From Candidatus Atabeyarchaeum deiterrae (GTDB lineage: Archaea; Asgardarchaeota; Atabeyarchaeia; Atabeyarchaeales; Atabeyarchaeaceae): 64,000 bases of DNA. The DNA is taken from NCBI GenBank assembly GCA_037310415.1, contig CP147780.1:584701-648700 (forward strand). The letters are read 5' to 3'. Position 1 is the first letter of the stretch, and every line of letters starts with the position of its first letter. This document shows positions 45,933 through 55,632 of the stretch, piece by piece. A program made the position numbers and the translations under genes. The notes below the pieces were generated by a model that had not been told where the DNA came from, ran no database searches, and was given only the letters and a program-made list of their open reading frames with translations.

Positions 45933-46379
45933 ATGTGGCGGCATGTCATGGTTCGAGTGTGGTGGCCGAAATTCATTAGGAGACCGAGATTGAGGCTAAG
46001 CAAGCCAGGCTTAAAATTGCCTCAAAAACCCTCAGGCTCTACCATGTTTGTCTTGTCCCTCGTGTTTGTGTTGTTCGTCTTTGGTGGAGGCGTCTGGGAT
46101 CTCGTCAACAGAAACATCCTGCGACCGATGGGTAGCGACTCATCCGGTAATCCACTGCTGATCTATCCTGGCCTTGATTACCAGTTCATCATAGAGGGAA
46201 TCGTCGCCAGCGTCATGATTTTCATTGGTTTCATGGGGTTTGTTATCTTGTACCAAAGTACGCGCCACGTGTATAGACCAGGCTATGCAAAGCTTCTACT
46301 TGTCTCAGGTATAGTCCTCGTCTTTATGTCCTACCTACTCATGACCGTGATGTTGACTGCCAAGTTCTCGAGTGGCTAA
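45933..46379 (+). CDS. OSTC/DC2-like (OST3/OST6 family-like) small membrane protein
   Basis: 148 aa with three TM helices. LDYQFIIEGIVASVMIFIGFMGFVILYQS aligns by eye with [28 protein letters not shown] of human OSTC as I recall it. Confidence 0.45.
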   Translation: MWRHVMVRVWWPKFIRRPRLRLSKPGLKLPQKPSGSTMFVLSLVFVLFVFGGGVWDLVNRNILRPMGSDSSGNPLLIYPGLDYQFIIEGIVASVMIFIGFMGFVILYQSTRHVYRPGYAKLLLVSGIVLVFMSYLLMTVMLTAKFSSG

Positions 46380-46398
46380 TAGAGGACTCTAAGATTTC

Positions 46399-46971
46399 CT
46401 ACCAAGGTACTTTCTTAAGCCCCATGAGGTAGCTCACCATGTTTGTTACCAGGTGAATCAGAGGCGTCAGCACGACTAAAATCAAAGCATACTCCGCTTG
46501 AAATGGAAAAGTCAAGGACACAAAAACGAAAGCGCCAAACAGAAATGTAAGCTGATCAAGAAATGGAGCGGGCGCGCCTCTCCTTAAACCCATTCTTCGT
46601 TTAATGAATGAGCCGAGTAGATCTCCCATGAGCGCTCCTAGAGATATCATAAAAGCTCTCAATGGTGTGCATAGAAGGGTGGCAATTGAGATTGCAGACA
46701 GGTTCGTGAGCTCACTAAGGTAGTTTATTGCCCACAAGGAAATAAACGCTTCAAATACTCCGACAAGAATACCGCCGATCAATCCTCCTGCAAAGCCTCT
46801 AATTGTTTTTCCGTCACCAAAGATTCTACGCCTATCTACAAATGATCGACCGAAATCTATTGGGGATCCTCCGCCCACTAGTACAGGCACGGCGTTTGCC
46901 ACATATGCCGGAAAAATAAACCAAAGTGAAAAGACTACTGTGAATATGTCCATCTTCAGAGTATCCTCCAC
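46399..46971 (-). CDS. carS: CDP-archaeol synthase
   Basis: FPAYVANAVPVLVGGGSPIDFG...RRIFGDGKTIRGF, the hallmark of the DUF46/CarS family. Confidence 0.8.
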   Translation of the reverse strand: MEDTLKMDIFTVVFSLWFIFPAYVANAVPVLVGGGSPIDFGRSFVDRRRIFGDGKTIRGFAGGLIGGILVGVFEAFISLWAINYLSELTNLSAISIATLLCTPLRAFMISLGALMGDLLGSFIKRRMGLRRGAPAPFLDQLTFLFGAFVFVSLTFPFQAEYALILVVLTPLIHLVTNMVSYLMGLKKVPW

Positions 46972-47007
46972 GATTCGCTAGTTAAGCTCCAAATCAGGAC
47001 GCCGATT

Positions 47008-47700
47008 CTAGGATGCGCCCAACTCATTAAGTGAGAACTCAACCGACACCCCGACAGGCAATCTGTTGTGTTTTTCGAGTATCACTTTTCTCATTGAGGA
47101 ATCAATGAACCTTTCAAGTCTAAGTTGAACTCTACACCAAGGGTCCACAACCTGAGCAGCCACAGGAGAAAAACCCTCTTTGGGATCCTTGAGAGGATCT
47201 CCCTTTGCCTGATTCAAGACTATGGCGACAACATCAAAACGTTCTGCCACATGCATCATCACAGCCATCTGCCTACACATTTCCATGTTGATACAGACAT
47301 TCTCCTCTCGATCGAGACCCACAGAATATCTATACAGGGATCCAGCGGAGTCAAGGACAATTAACTTCACTTCTTCCTTGACCAGCATCTCAACTGAGTC
47401 AATTGCATCAGACTGATCGGAGAAGGATTGTGGAGACAAGAGAAGGAAATGTGACATATCAATGTTGTTGAATCTGGACGAAATTTGGAGAAAACGTTCC
47501 CTAGGGAAGGTTGATTCCGCTTCTATGAAGATTGCTTTCCAACCCCTAGATATACAGTTCAGGGCACACTGTAATGCTATGGATGTTTTCCCGGAACCAG
47601 CGACACCGTATATGTGGGTCAAGATGCCGCTTTCAACCCCACCACCTAGAAGGTTGTCTATCGGCTTGCAGAGTGTCTCAATAAGCACCAATGCGCTCAA
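47008..47700 (-). CDS. radB: RadB recombinase paralogue
   Basis: LLGGGVESGILTHIYGVAGSGKTS Walker A and LIVLDS Walker B. 230 aa, with no N-terminal HhH domain. Confidence 0.8.
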   Translation of the reverse strand: MSALVLIETLCKPIDNLLGGGVESGILTHIYGVAGSGKTSIALQCALNCISRGWKAIFIEAESTFPRERFLQISSRFNNIDMSHFLLLSPQSFSDQSDAIDSVEMLVKEEVKLIVLDSAGSLYRYSVGLDREENVCINMEMCRQMAVMMHVAERFDVVAIVLNQAKGDPLKDPKEGFSPVAAQVVDPWCRVQLRLERFIDSSMRKVILEKHNRLPVGVSVEFSLNELGAS

Positions 47701-47807
47701 CCTCGATCACTTTTCGATTCTATTTCAATCAACCATGGGATCATGGTCACATTATTGGAGCCATTGGATCAGATAGGATCGAGGATAAATGACAGTGAGA
47801 TGGCTCT

Positions 47808-49799
47808 TTAGCTTTTTGAAGATGAACCAGACGAATAGAAGTCATTCAACTCCTTAGATATTGCTCCGTCTACGTCAGAAAGAATCTTGTATGACTCGCG
47901 GATCCAAGAGGGGAGCAACTTGATACAAGGAGGCTTCGCGAATCTGTGGTCCAAGAAGAGAACAACGCCTCTGTCGTCAACCGATCTGAAGGCTCTTCCT
48001 GCAGCTTGAGCAGCCTTCCTGAAGGCGGGTATATTGTAACCATATTCTTTGCCTCTATTCGGGAACTTGCTCTCATAGTAGTCAATCGATGCTTTCACTC
48101 GGGGTGTAGGCTTGGCGTAAGGAACGCCAACAACCACCACTGTGTTTAGAAGGTCTCCTGGCAAATCGAGACCCTCAGAGTTCCTCCCTCCTTGAACACC
48201 AAGCAACACTCCTCCACCGCTTGAAGCGCTTTTGCAGAATGATTCAATCAAAACATCGTTCTTATTCGAGGTAGATTCGGGTTGTTCCTTGAATACGGGT
48301 TTCTCCAGAAGGCTCTCAAGACCTGCATTGACCAATCCATTAAGAACATCGTACGATGCAACAAAAACACCTGTGTTGATTGGTGTCGAATTCACCGCTT
48401 CGGAGATACGCAGCGATAGCTTCTCATACATAGAGAGAGATCGATCGCTGAGCGCTGTTGAAACACCTCTGCAAAACACTATGTTAATATTCTCTCTTGG
48501 AAATGGGCAGCCAAAAACTTGACTCTTTGTGTCAGCTGGCAGACCTGCGACATCTACATAGCATTCGATCGGCTCCAGCGTCCCAGACATACTGATGCTT
48601 GAGTGAACTTCAGCAATAACATGGGATGTTATTTGGCTCGGATCAAGGCAGACGATCTCAAGGTTGGCTCGTCTGCTCCCGCCGGCATCATCATCGGATT
48701 TCGTACTTGTTAGGACGTGGACATAGTGTTGTTTAGTGGAAGTTTCCAGCCATCTCATGAGAAAACCGGCGAGATGGTGAACACTCGACCTTGGCAGCTT
48801 GCCTTTCTCAAGAAGAGATTTCTTGATGGACTCACCAGATTCATGTAGGGAAACAAAAAGAGTCTCTAGTTCATCAAGCCCAACTCCATGTTCCCTAGCA
48901 AGTTTCTCGAGTAATACCACACCAGGGAGAGCGACTTCCCTCTCGGGCGCATTGTCTCGTATGTTTTCAACGACCGTGCACACACTCTCGATAAATCTTC
49001 TCGCATGCGATAGTCCAAACCTCCTAGCTTCCTGACCCGCTCCCCTTAAAGCGGCCGTACTCATTCTTTCACTGGCCATGTTGGCGGCGATATCTGGAAG
49101 ATTGTGAGCTTCGTCCATCACTAGAATATAAGAAGAGAGCGGCCGCTCGAAACTCTTGAGCAACGACTGTCTGATTTCATCATGAAGGAGGTAATTGTAG
49201 CTCATTGCAGCGACATCAACTTTGCCCACAATAAGCTTTGCCAGTTCATAGGCACAGAAGCCGTGCACTTTGCTTATCTCTGCAATCTCGTTGAATAGTG
49301 TCGGTTGCCCACTGATTCTTCTTATGACATCTTGAAGATCTTTCCTGTTGGATCTCAATTTCTCGAAGAACTGGCACGATCCACGCTTCTTTAACTCTCC
49401 GCAGATTTCCATTGCAGTCGTAGCATCCAAAGAATAATCCAATATGAGTTTGTTGAAGCATGCCTCGGATCTCCCGCGAATGGAGATGCCGCTCACACCA
49501 CCAGAACACTTCTTGCTGACCACCTTAAGCTCCTCAATTGCTCTGTCACACTCCTTATGGGTCCGCGCAACATAGAGTATTCTGAACCCATTTTCGCTCA
49601 CGAAGGGCAAAGTAGCGGAGAGAACGCCGATAGTCTTTCCTAGACCGCTTGCCGCTGCGACGGCCACATGTTGACCCAGTTTAACTGCTTCGTGAACCAT
49701 GTTTATGAATTCATCTTGGTACAGCCGCACCGATGAATAGGGGAAATAGCTCAAGGGAGTAGGGAGAATAGGCACTAAGGACACCTTTCCTTGCATCAT
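47808..49799 (-). CDS. xpd: XPD/Rad3-type Fe-S DNA helicase
   Basis: FPY...LYQDEF, AASGLGKT, a four-Cys Fe-S region (CFNKL, CGELKKRGSC, FCAYE), and DEAHNL. Start set at Met 30 of the ORF-track product. Confidence 0.85.
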   Translation of the reverse strand: MMQGKVSLVPILPTPLSYFPYSSVRLYQDEFINMVHEAVKLGQHVAVAAASGLGKTIGVLSATLPFVSENGFRILYVARTHKECDRAIEELKVVSKKCSGGVSGISIRGRSEACFNKLILDYSLDATTAMEICGELKKRGSCQFFEKLRSNRKDLQDVIRRISGQPTLFNEIAEISKVHGFCAYELAKLIVGKVDVAAMSYNYLLHDEIRQSLLKSFERPLSSYILVMDEAHNLPDIAANMASERMSTAALRGAGQEARRFGLSHARRFIESVCTVVENIRDNAPEREVALPGVVLLEKLAREHGVGLDELETLFVSLHESGESIKKSLLEKGKLPRSSVHHLAGFLMRWLETSTKQHYVHVLTSTKSDDDAGGSRRANLEIVCLDPSQITSHVIAEVHSSISMSGTLEPIECYVDVAGLPADTKSQVFGCPFPRENINIVFCRGVSTALSDRSLSMYEKLSLRISEAVNSTPINTGVFVASYDVLNGLVNAGLESLLEKPVFKEQPESTSNKNDVLIESFCKSASSGGGVLLGVQGGRNSEGLDLPGDLLNTVVVVGVPYAKPTPRVKASIDYYESKFPNRGKEYGYNIPAFRKAAQAAGRAFRSVDDRGVVLFLDHRFAKPPCIKLLPSWIRESYKILSDVDGAISKELNDFYSSGSSSKS

Positions 49800-49945
49800 T
49801 ATATTATTGAACAACCAACTATTATAATGCCCTTCTAATGATTCCATGTTAGTTTGCCAACACGTAGCCGAAAAACAAGTCAGCAACTCCGAACTATTGT
49901 CAAATTAGAAATTGGCGCCAACAACGCGGGGAATGTGAATAGAGT

Positions 49946-50311
49946 ATGACTCTAATACTTGGTGAAGAAAAGTGCGACGCAGGCGGAACGGTAGTCTCAG
50001 TATCTGTTATTGGTCTCGAAAACGCCTCGATTGTTCTTGTGACGGACAACAGAAATCAGTACCGAGTTGGAGCTATAGCACTCGCTACGCCAACTTCCGA
50101 GAGGATCGGACAAACCGGACCAACGGCAGTCACCTTGATAGGGGAAGACCGAGAAATTTTGGCCAAAGTTCTTGCTGCAAAGACATCGGCAGACACTGGA
50201 AAGATGGCGCTCTCAATAGTCGGTTTGAGAGAATATGACAATGAAGCAGCAGCCTCAATAATGAAGACGGTTCAGAACATAGTTTCGAAAAGCCAGAGAA
50301 GATTTGCGTGA
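49946..50311 (+). CDS. Hypothetical protein
   Basis: 121-aa ORF, no motif recognised. Confidence 0.4.
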   Translation: MTLILGEEKCDAGGTVVSVSVIGLENASIVLVTDNRNQYRVGAIALATPTSERIGQTGPTAVTLIGEDREILAKVLAAKTSADTGKMALSIVGLREYDNEAAASIMKTVQNIVSKSQRRFA

Positions 50312-50395
50312 TCTGGAAGCTACCCAAGCGAGAATTGGGTTCCGAAGAAGCATAATGGTGAGCTCGAACGTAGTATCGGTAGCCTGCAATATGAG

Positions 50396-51679
50396 TTGAG
50401 AAACATGACGAAAGCCTGGGGATTCATCAAGTGCCCGATTTTTAATTACATTCACATAAATCGTTTAGAAAAAGATCTAATAGACACCTATCCTTTCCAA
50501 AGGCTGAGAAGGCTAAGGCAACTGGTAGGGGCAGAGTATGTATATCCAGGAGCTTGCCATACTCGTCTTGAACACTCACTAGGAGTAATGCACCTAGCGG
50601 AAGAGCTTTCGACCAACATGGCCAAGAACGGAGAACTGACAAAAGACGAGATTCAGGAGGTCAAAATAGCTGCCCTCCTTCATGATGTGGGTCACGGACC
50701 TTTTTCTCATGTCTTTGAGCCAATACTAATGAAGAACCTTCATAAGACACACGAAGACATGAGCACATGGATCATAGGAAAGACTGAGATCGCCCAAATT
50801 CTGAAAAACGAAGGAATCGACCCGACCAGAGTCGGCGAACTGGCTGTCGGAAGGCTTGACAGGACAGAGAAGAGGTATCTGAACCAGATAATATCGAGTA
50901 CCGTAGATGTTGACAAGATGGACTTCGTTGTTAGGGATACGTATCACACTGGCGCAGAATATGGGCATGTTGATATTTTCCGCCTGATATACACAATGGA
51001 CACAATGGACAACAACATAGCCATTGACCTCACGGCATTGACAACCCTTGAAACCTTCATTCTCGCGAGAATAGAGTCCTTCAGGGCAATATACTTCCAC
51101 CGTGTCTCGAGAGCGGTCCAGATCATCCTTGAGAAGGCTATGGACGCCGCGAAAGATGAACTCGGACTAACGAGTTTCGCAGACGTCGATGATTACCTGA
51201 AGCTAGACGATTATACAATGTGGACTCGACTTAAACAGGTGGATGGAAGCAAGCAGATCATCGATATGCTCGAAAGAAGGGTACTCTTGAAACAGGCTTA
51301 CGAGAAAACTTTCCTTGCGAAGGACGAGATGCTAACAAGTGTTCTGACAAATGGGAAGGTTCGGGGGGAACTTGAGAATGAAATTGCCAAGACTGCAGGC
51401 CTTGCGACCGAGCAGGTAATAATCGACGTTCCTTCCCTGCCCTCGGTTGCTACTTCACATGCCCTGCCTCCAGAACAAATGGAGATACCTCTCTTCTACA
51501 AAGACCCTGCAGGTAAGAAACACCCCCGCAAATTGAGTGATGCTTCCAGAATAATAGATGTTCTAAGAGGCTATATGAACATAGTCAGAGTCTACACGGG
51601 CCGGGAAAACAGAGAAGCGGTGAGAAAAGCCTCGGAAAAAATACTTGGGAAGCCCCAGTCACTCGAAATATCATATTAG
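50396..51679 (+). CDS. HD-domain phosphohydrolase, SAMHD1/dNTPase-like (core-genome copy)
   Basis: HTRLEHSLGVMHL and LHDVGHGPFSH motifs. ATG at 50405 is the likely start. Confidence 0.8.
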   Translation: MRNMTKAWGFIKCPIFNYIHINRLEKDLIDTYPFQRLRRLRQLVGAEYVYPGACHTRLEHSLGVMHLAEELSTNMAKNGELTKDEIQEVKIAALLHDVGHGPFSHVFEPILMKNLHKTHEDMSTWIIGKTEIAQILKNEGIDPTRVGELAVGRLDRTEKRYLNQIISSTVDVDKMDFVVRDTYHTGAEYGHVDIFRLIYTMDTMDNNIAIDLTALTTLETFILARIESFRAIYFHRVSRAVQIILEKAMDAAKDELGLTSFADVDDYLKLDDYTMWTRLKQVDGSKQIIDMLERRVLLKQAYEKTFLAKDEMLTSVLTNGKVRGELENEIAKTAGLATEQVIIDVPSLPSVATSHALPPEQMEIPLFYKDPAGKKHPRKLSDASRIIDVLRGYMNIVRVYTGRENREAVRKASEKILGKPQSLEISY

Positions 51680-51727
51680 GCGATATCAAACGGGAAGAAG
51701 TGCAGATCAGAGCGATAGAGACCATTC

Positions 51728-52066
51728 CTATTTTCCCACAACATATGAGCGGACTTCTTCCCAGAGTTCTTTGCGCAATCTGGCGATATCATGTAACTCG
51801 ACTACTTCAGCATCTTTGATGGTGTTCTGAAGCTGTACGACGCTGCCCACCGCGCTGACATTTTCGACGTTGATGGGAAACTCAACATCTAGCCCCTTGA
51901 CAATCAGTTCAACTCGAAGTTCCGGAAGAGCAACTCTTATACTCCTCACAATGCCAACGATCCTAGCGGCTCCGTCTATCACGGCTCTGCCTATCAATCG
52001 CCCTGGCATCGAAAGCTCATACAATTCAGCCTCTGTCTGAGATTTAGTATTCTCGGATGACGCCAA
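51728..52066 (-). CDS. PRC-barrel domain protein
   Basis: LIGRAVIDGAARIVGIVRSIRV, typical of PRC-barrel proteins. Confidence 0.6.
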   Translation of the reverse strand: MASSENTKSQTEAELYELSMPGRLIGRAVIDGAARIVGIVRSIRVALPELRVELIVKGLDVEFPINVENVSAVGSVVQLQNTIKDAEVVELHDIARLRKELWEEVRSYVVGK

Positions 52067-52128
52067 CTTAATACCTCCAACTACTCTGCGAACATAGTAA
52101 TAATAAACGGTAATGTCAAACTATCTTT

Positions 52129-52668
52129 TCAGTTTTTCTGGGATTGTTGGAAACCCTTAACAATGAACACCTCTTCATCGCACCCAGCAGACTTGGCCTC
52201 GAAGTTGATTAAATTCGAGATGATTCTGACTAGATCCTCTGGTGTCGTTCTTCCTAATCCAGCCATTCGAGATACCTTCATCGAGGAAGAGATTAATGAA
52301 ATCCGTAGAAGATAGTGATCCGAGAGCAAACTTGCCGTTCTGCCCGCCTTCAAGTACCGATAGTTAATGTAGACTATGAAATCCAAAGATGAGAGGGTTT
52401 GAGACAACTCTGAAATGCGTTTCACTTCATGTTCATCTACGTAGTTGAAGTATATGCCCTCAGCTATTCCTGCTTCGAAGAACCTCTCTACCGAGAGAGT
52501 TCCCGAATGTCCTGCTGCCGATGTATTAAGACGATCCTTGAGAGTGTTCAGTTTCGCAAAACTATTGGCGATCAGGGTTACGACTTTGTCGTTAGACACT
52601 AGAAGCGAAAATCCAAGGTCAAGAAGAGAGAAACGAGGAAACCCATCATAAGACCCAAGTTTGCTCAT
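52129..52668 (-). CDS. Hypothetical protein
   Basis: ORF trimmed to the internal Met (MSKLGSY) to remove overlap with the upstream gene. No motif. Confidence 0.4.
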   Translation of the reverse strand: MSKLGSYDGFPRFSLLDLGFSLLVSNDKVVTLIANSFAKLNTLKDRLNTSAAGHSGTLSVERFFEAGIAEGIYFNYVDEHEVKRISELSQTLSSLDFIVYINYRYLKAGRTASLLSDHYLLRISLISSSMKVSRMAGLGRTTPEDLVRIISNLINFEAKSAGCDEEVFIVKGFQQSQKN

Positions 52669-52687
52669 CTGATTTCTCAACCCTATG

Positions 52688-53044
52688 TCAATGGGGGTTT
52701 TCCAAGTTTCGTAGGACTTTGATAGCCTCAAGGAGTGCTAACACCAACTTCGTCAACTGATATAGTTTCGAAGGGTCCTCGGTTTTTCTGATCTCAACTT
52801 CAACGGCCTTTAGCTTTTTCAGGATTGTTCCTGATAAAACAGGAATCGTTGCCTCGATGCTGCCAACATCTGAACGGTTACCAGGGGTGGTAATGGAGGA
52901 TGGTTCTTTAGACACACCACACTTCACACAGAATGTGTTGCCTTCAAATCTAAACATAGGTGAATTGCATACAGGACATGTCTCCTGTAACATAGTAGCC
53001 CCAGACCTCAGCAACTCAGCCATTTTCTTTATTACTTCGACCAT
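52688..53044 (-). CDS. UPF0148 family zinc-ribbon protein (autoantigen p27-like)
   Basis: MAELLRSGATMLQETCPVCNSPMF...CVKCG. Confidence 0.65.
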   Translation of the reverse strand: MVEVIKKMAELLRSGATMLQETCPVCNSPMFRFEGNTFCVKCGVSKEPSSITTPGNRSDVGSIEATIPVLSGTILKKLKAVEVEIRKTEDPSKLYQLTKLVLALLEAIKVLRNLENPH

Positions 53045-53176
53045 TAATCAAGGACACCTTCACAGAAAACACTTTTATCGCCAATAGTACTCTGGAACAG
53101 AGTGAACTTAGCATACCTTATTATATATTTCATTGCTAAGATTTAGAGGACGCACTCTAACCGAGGGAGAAGTAAC

Positions 53177-53455
53177 ATGAGTAAGAGAGCAGCTCAGAAG
53201 TACCAGCAAACAGTTGATGAGGTCGTCCAGATACTAAACGGCATAATAAGACCCGAGGCACAAATACCGAGGAATATCAAAAGAGCAGCCAGCACTGCTA
53301 TTGGACAGCTTCAGACAGGAAAGGGAAGCTATGCGTTGAAGGCTTCAAATGCAATATCAGTTCTGGAAGAGGTCTCACAGGATCCAAACTGCCCTCCGTA
53401 CGCAAGGACGATGATCCTACAGGTTCTCGCTAAGCTTGAAACGATACGGGACTGA
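53177..53455 (+). CDS. UPF0147 family protein
   Basis: IPRNIKRAA ... LEEVSQDPNCPPYARTMILQVLAKLE. Confidence 0.65.
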   Translation: MSKRAAQKYQQTVDEVVQILNGIIRPEAQIPRNIKRAASTAIGQLQTGKGSYALKASNAISVLEEVSQDPNCPPYARTMILQVLAKLETIRD

Positions 53456-53469
53456 AGTAATTAACGAAC

Positions 53470-53609
53470 GCGGGGGTGTCCGAGCTTGGTCAAAGGAGGT
53501 AGACACTATAAAGTGACCTATGCTCAGGACCTACCGGCGTAGAAGGCTGTCATTTTCGTGGCATAGCCTGCGTGAGCCTGCGAGGGTTCGAAGCCCTCCC
53601 CCCGCACCA
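53470..53609 (+). tRNA. tRNA-Leu(CAG) with two introns (19 nt at 30/31 and about 33 nt in the variable arm)
   Basis: GCGGGGG-UG-UCCG..AGGA-G-GUAG[ACACUAUAAAGUGACCUAU]G-CUCAGGA-CCUAC. Variable arm CGGCG..GCCUGC is interrupted by about 33 nt. Then GAGGG-UUCGAAG-CCCUC-CCCCCGC-A-CCA. Confidence 0.75.
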
Positions 53610-53738
53610 TTTATAATAAGAACTCATTTTACCATGCCCTGCAACACTGGGACGGGTGAACTAGATATGAATGTTCACTAGGAGAGCTCGCAGTGAATCC
53701 TATTTTATCATGTAGCAGAAACGGACAGTAAAAAAGAA

Positions 53739-53935
53739 TGGCGCCGTGGACCGGACTCTCCTAGCCGACATCATCAAGTCATGAATCAGCTAATTTGAAC
53801 CGGTGCTCCCCGAAAGGGGAACGGGATCTCGAGTCGAGGCGCGTCACACAGACGCACAGTCCCGCGCCTTAACCGGACGTCGTCGGTTAACAACCTCGCT
53901 ACGGAGCGAGAGTATTAGCCTTTGGCTACCACGGC
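53739..53935 (-). tRNA. tRNA-Ser(CGA) with three introns (D loop about 45 nt, anticodon arm 26 nt, T loop 38 nt)
   Basis: Reverse strand: GCCGUGG-UA-GCC..[insert with CUCGCU/AGCGAG hairpin]..GGUUAAGGC-G-CGGGA[26 nt]CUCGAGA-UCCCG. Variable arm UUCCCCUUUCGGGGAGC. Then ACCGG-UUCAAAU[38 nt]CCGGU-CCACGGC-G-CCA. Confidence 0.7.
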
Positions 53936-54079
53936 ACCAACAGTACGTTCTGACCCATTAAGAGAAACTATTAGCCAACGCTCTTTTAAAATACTTTCTG
54001 AAAGGAATTGCTTTTTAATAGATTTGAGCAATTGTTATGGGCTATAATCTCGCTCCATATAGAACTGCAGGAACCTTTT

Positions 54080-55618
54080 ATGGGGAACCAATTGAGTTTG
54101 AATCAGCGACGGCAAGACGCTGTACGAGTTTTGTTGAAGGCAGGTGTTCAGTTGAGCCCTGATGCTCTTAATTATCTGGATCTGCAACCGGATCCCGTTC
54201 ATCTTGCCTCTAAAACGCTGGCAGAGCTAGATAGAAGAAAAACCAAGCCGCTAATCATTACTAGAAACATGCTTGAAGAGATTGTGCCCATTCCCTCGCC
54301 AAAATACCCGAAGATTATTGATTTCAATGACCCGATCAGTCCAGTCAACGACAAGAGCATTGATGTAACCCCATTCGTGGAAGTAATGTCCTCGCTCTAT
54401 GAAGAATCATCGGCCCAAGGGAAGCTGGAAAACTTCCTAGCTTATTTTCGAAACCGTTACGAGAAAATGGTGAAACTGTTCAAAGCTAGGAAAGATGCCC
54501 TCGATGCAATTAGCATCAATGAAGTGGCGAAAGTGGGCGAAGGTAAAGAAGCAAGAGTCATCGGGCTTGTAACGTCCAAAAGAGAGACAGATAGAGGAGT
54601 AACGATTCTGGAACTCGAAGATCCAACTGGAGTTATCTCTGTGCTGATATCGACTATCAATGATAAGTTATACAACAAGGCTTCTAGAGTACTACTTGAT
54701 CAAGTCGTCTGTGTTGAGGGAGCTGCAAGGGATCAGAAAACGATATCGGCGAAAGACTTGAACTGGGCAGACGTTCCTTACGATCGAAGACCGAATAAGG
54801 CAAAGGAACCGGTTTACGCAGTGCTCATGTCAGACATACACTATGGTAGTACAAAATTCCTCAGAGACAGATTTGAGGAATTCATGGATTGGTTAAAGGG
54901 AGAAGGACCAACAGATCAAGCTTCAAGAATAGCGAGAAACATAAGATATTTGATCATAGCAGGTGACTTGGTCGACGGAATCGGCGTATATCCCAAACAA
55001 GAAGAAGAACTTGAAGTAAAGGATATATACGAGCAATATAGGCAACTTGCCGAATACATCAAGAGGATTCCGCAGAGTATTGAAATTATAGCGATCCCAG
55101 GAAACCATGATGCAACGCGCCTAGCGCTTCCACAACCACCAGTTCCAGACAGTTATATGAAGGCGATAACAGGATCCTGCACTAACTTTCGTATGCTGGG
55201 AAACCCTGCTTTTGTCAAGATCCACGGAGTAGAGATTCTCGTCTACCATGGGAGGATCATCGACAACATTCTCTCCACTCTTCCTGAGATCAGCAGCAGA
55301 ACTGTGGGTCAAGCGCTTCAGGAACTTGTACGGTGCAGGCATTTGGCTCCAACTTGGGACCCGAACAATCCAATAATCCCTTTGGACGAGGACTTGCTTG
55401 TGTTGGAGAGAATACCCGATATCTTTCATACGGGACATATCCACGTAAACGCGGTGTCTCAATACAGGGGAGTACTTACTGTTAACTCGGGAACGTTTCA
55501 ATCACAGACCTCATACCAAAGAGCGATGGGTGTGAAACCAACACCAGGCATAGTTGAGATTGTGAACCTTATGACATTAAAAGCCTCTCAGATTCAGTTT
55601 GGTGTCGGGGCAGAATAA
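54080..55618 (+). CDS. DNA polymerase II (PolD) small subunit DP1
   Basis: OB-fold region followed by Mre11-like phosphoesterase motifs VLMSDIHYGS, GDLVDG, IPGNHD and GHIH. ATG at 54080 preferred over the ORF-track start. Confidence 0.85.
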   Translation: MGNQLSLNQRRQDAVRVLLKAGVQLSPDALNYLDLQPDPVHLASKTLAELDRRKTKPLIITRNMLEEIVPIPSPKYPKIIDFNDPISPVNDKSIDVTPFVEVMSSLYEESSAQGKLENFLAYFRNRYEKMVKLFKARKDALDAISINEVAKVGEGKEARVIGLVTSKRETDRGVTILELEDPTGVISVLISTINDKLYNKASRVLLDQVVCVEGAARDQKTISAKDLNWADVPYDRRPNKAKEPVYAVLMSDIHYGSTKFLRDRFEEFMDWLKGEGPTDQASRIARNIRYLIIAGDLVDGIGVYPKQEEELEVKDIYEQYRQLAEYIKRIPQSIEIIAIPGNHDATRLALPQPPVPDSYMKAITGSCTNFRMLGNPAFVKIHGVEILVYHGRIIDNILSTLPEISSRTVGQALQELVRCRHLAPTWDPNNPIIPLDEDLLVLERIPDIFHTGHIHVNAVSQYRGVLTVNSGTFQSQTSYQRAMGVKPTPGIVEIVNLMTLKASQIQFGVGAE

Positions 55619-55632
55619 TATGATTTCCTGTG

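Noticed and set aside
53761-53800. C/D-box sRNA inside the T-loop intron of tRNA-Ser (contains UGAUGA and CUGA).
   Set aside because: The boxes are in the wrong order (D-like before C-like), and the 38-nt intron is too short for a complete C/D guide RNA.
53739-53945. Alternative fold of the - strand tRNA with acceptor GGUGCCG/CGGCGCC (U3-G70, no CCA).
   Set aside because: It leaves three unpaired nucleotides between the T stem and the acceptor. The register GCCGUGG/CCACGGC gives perfect stems, G73 and an encoded CCA.
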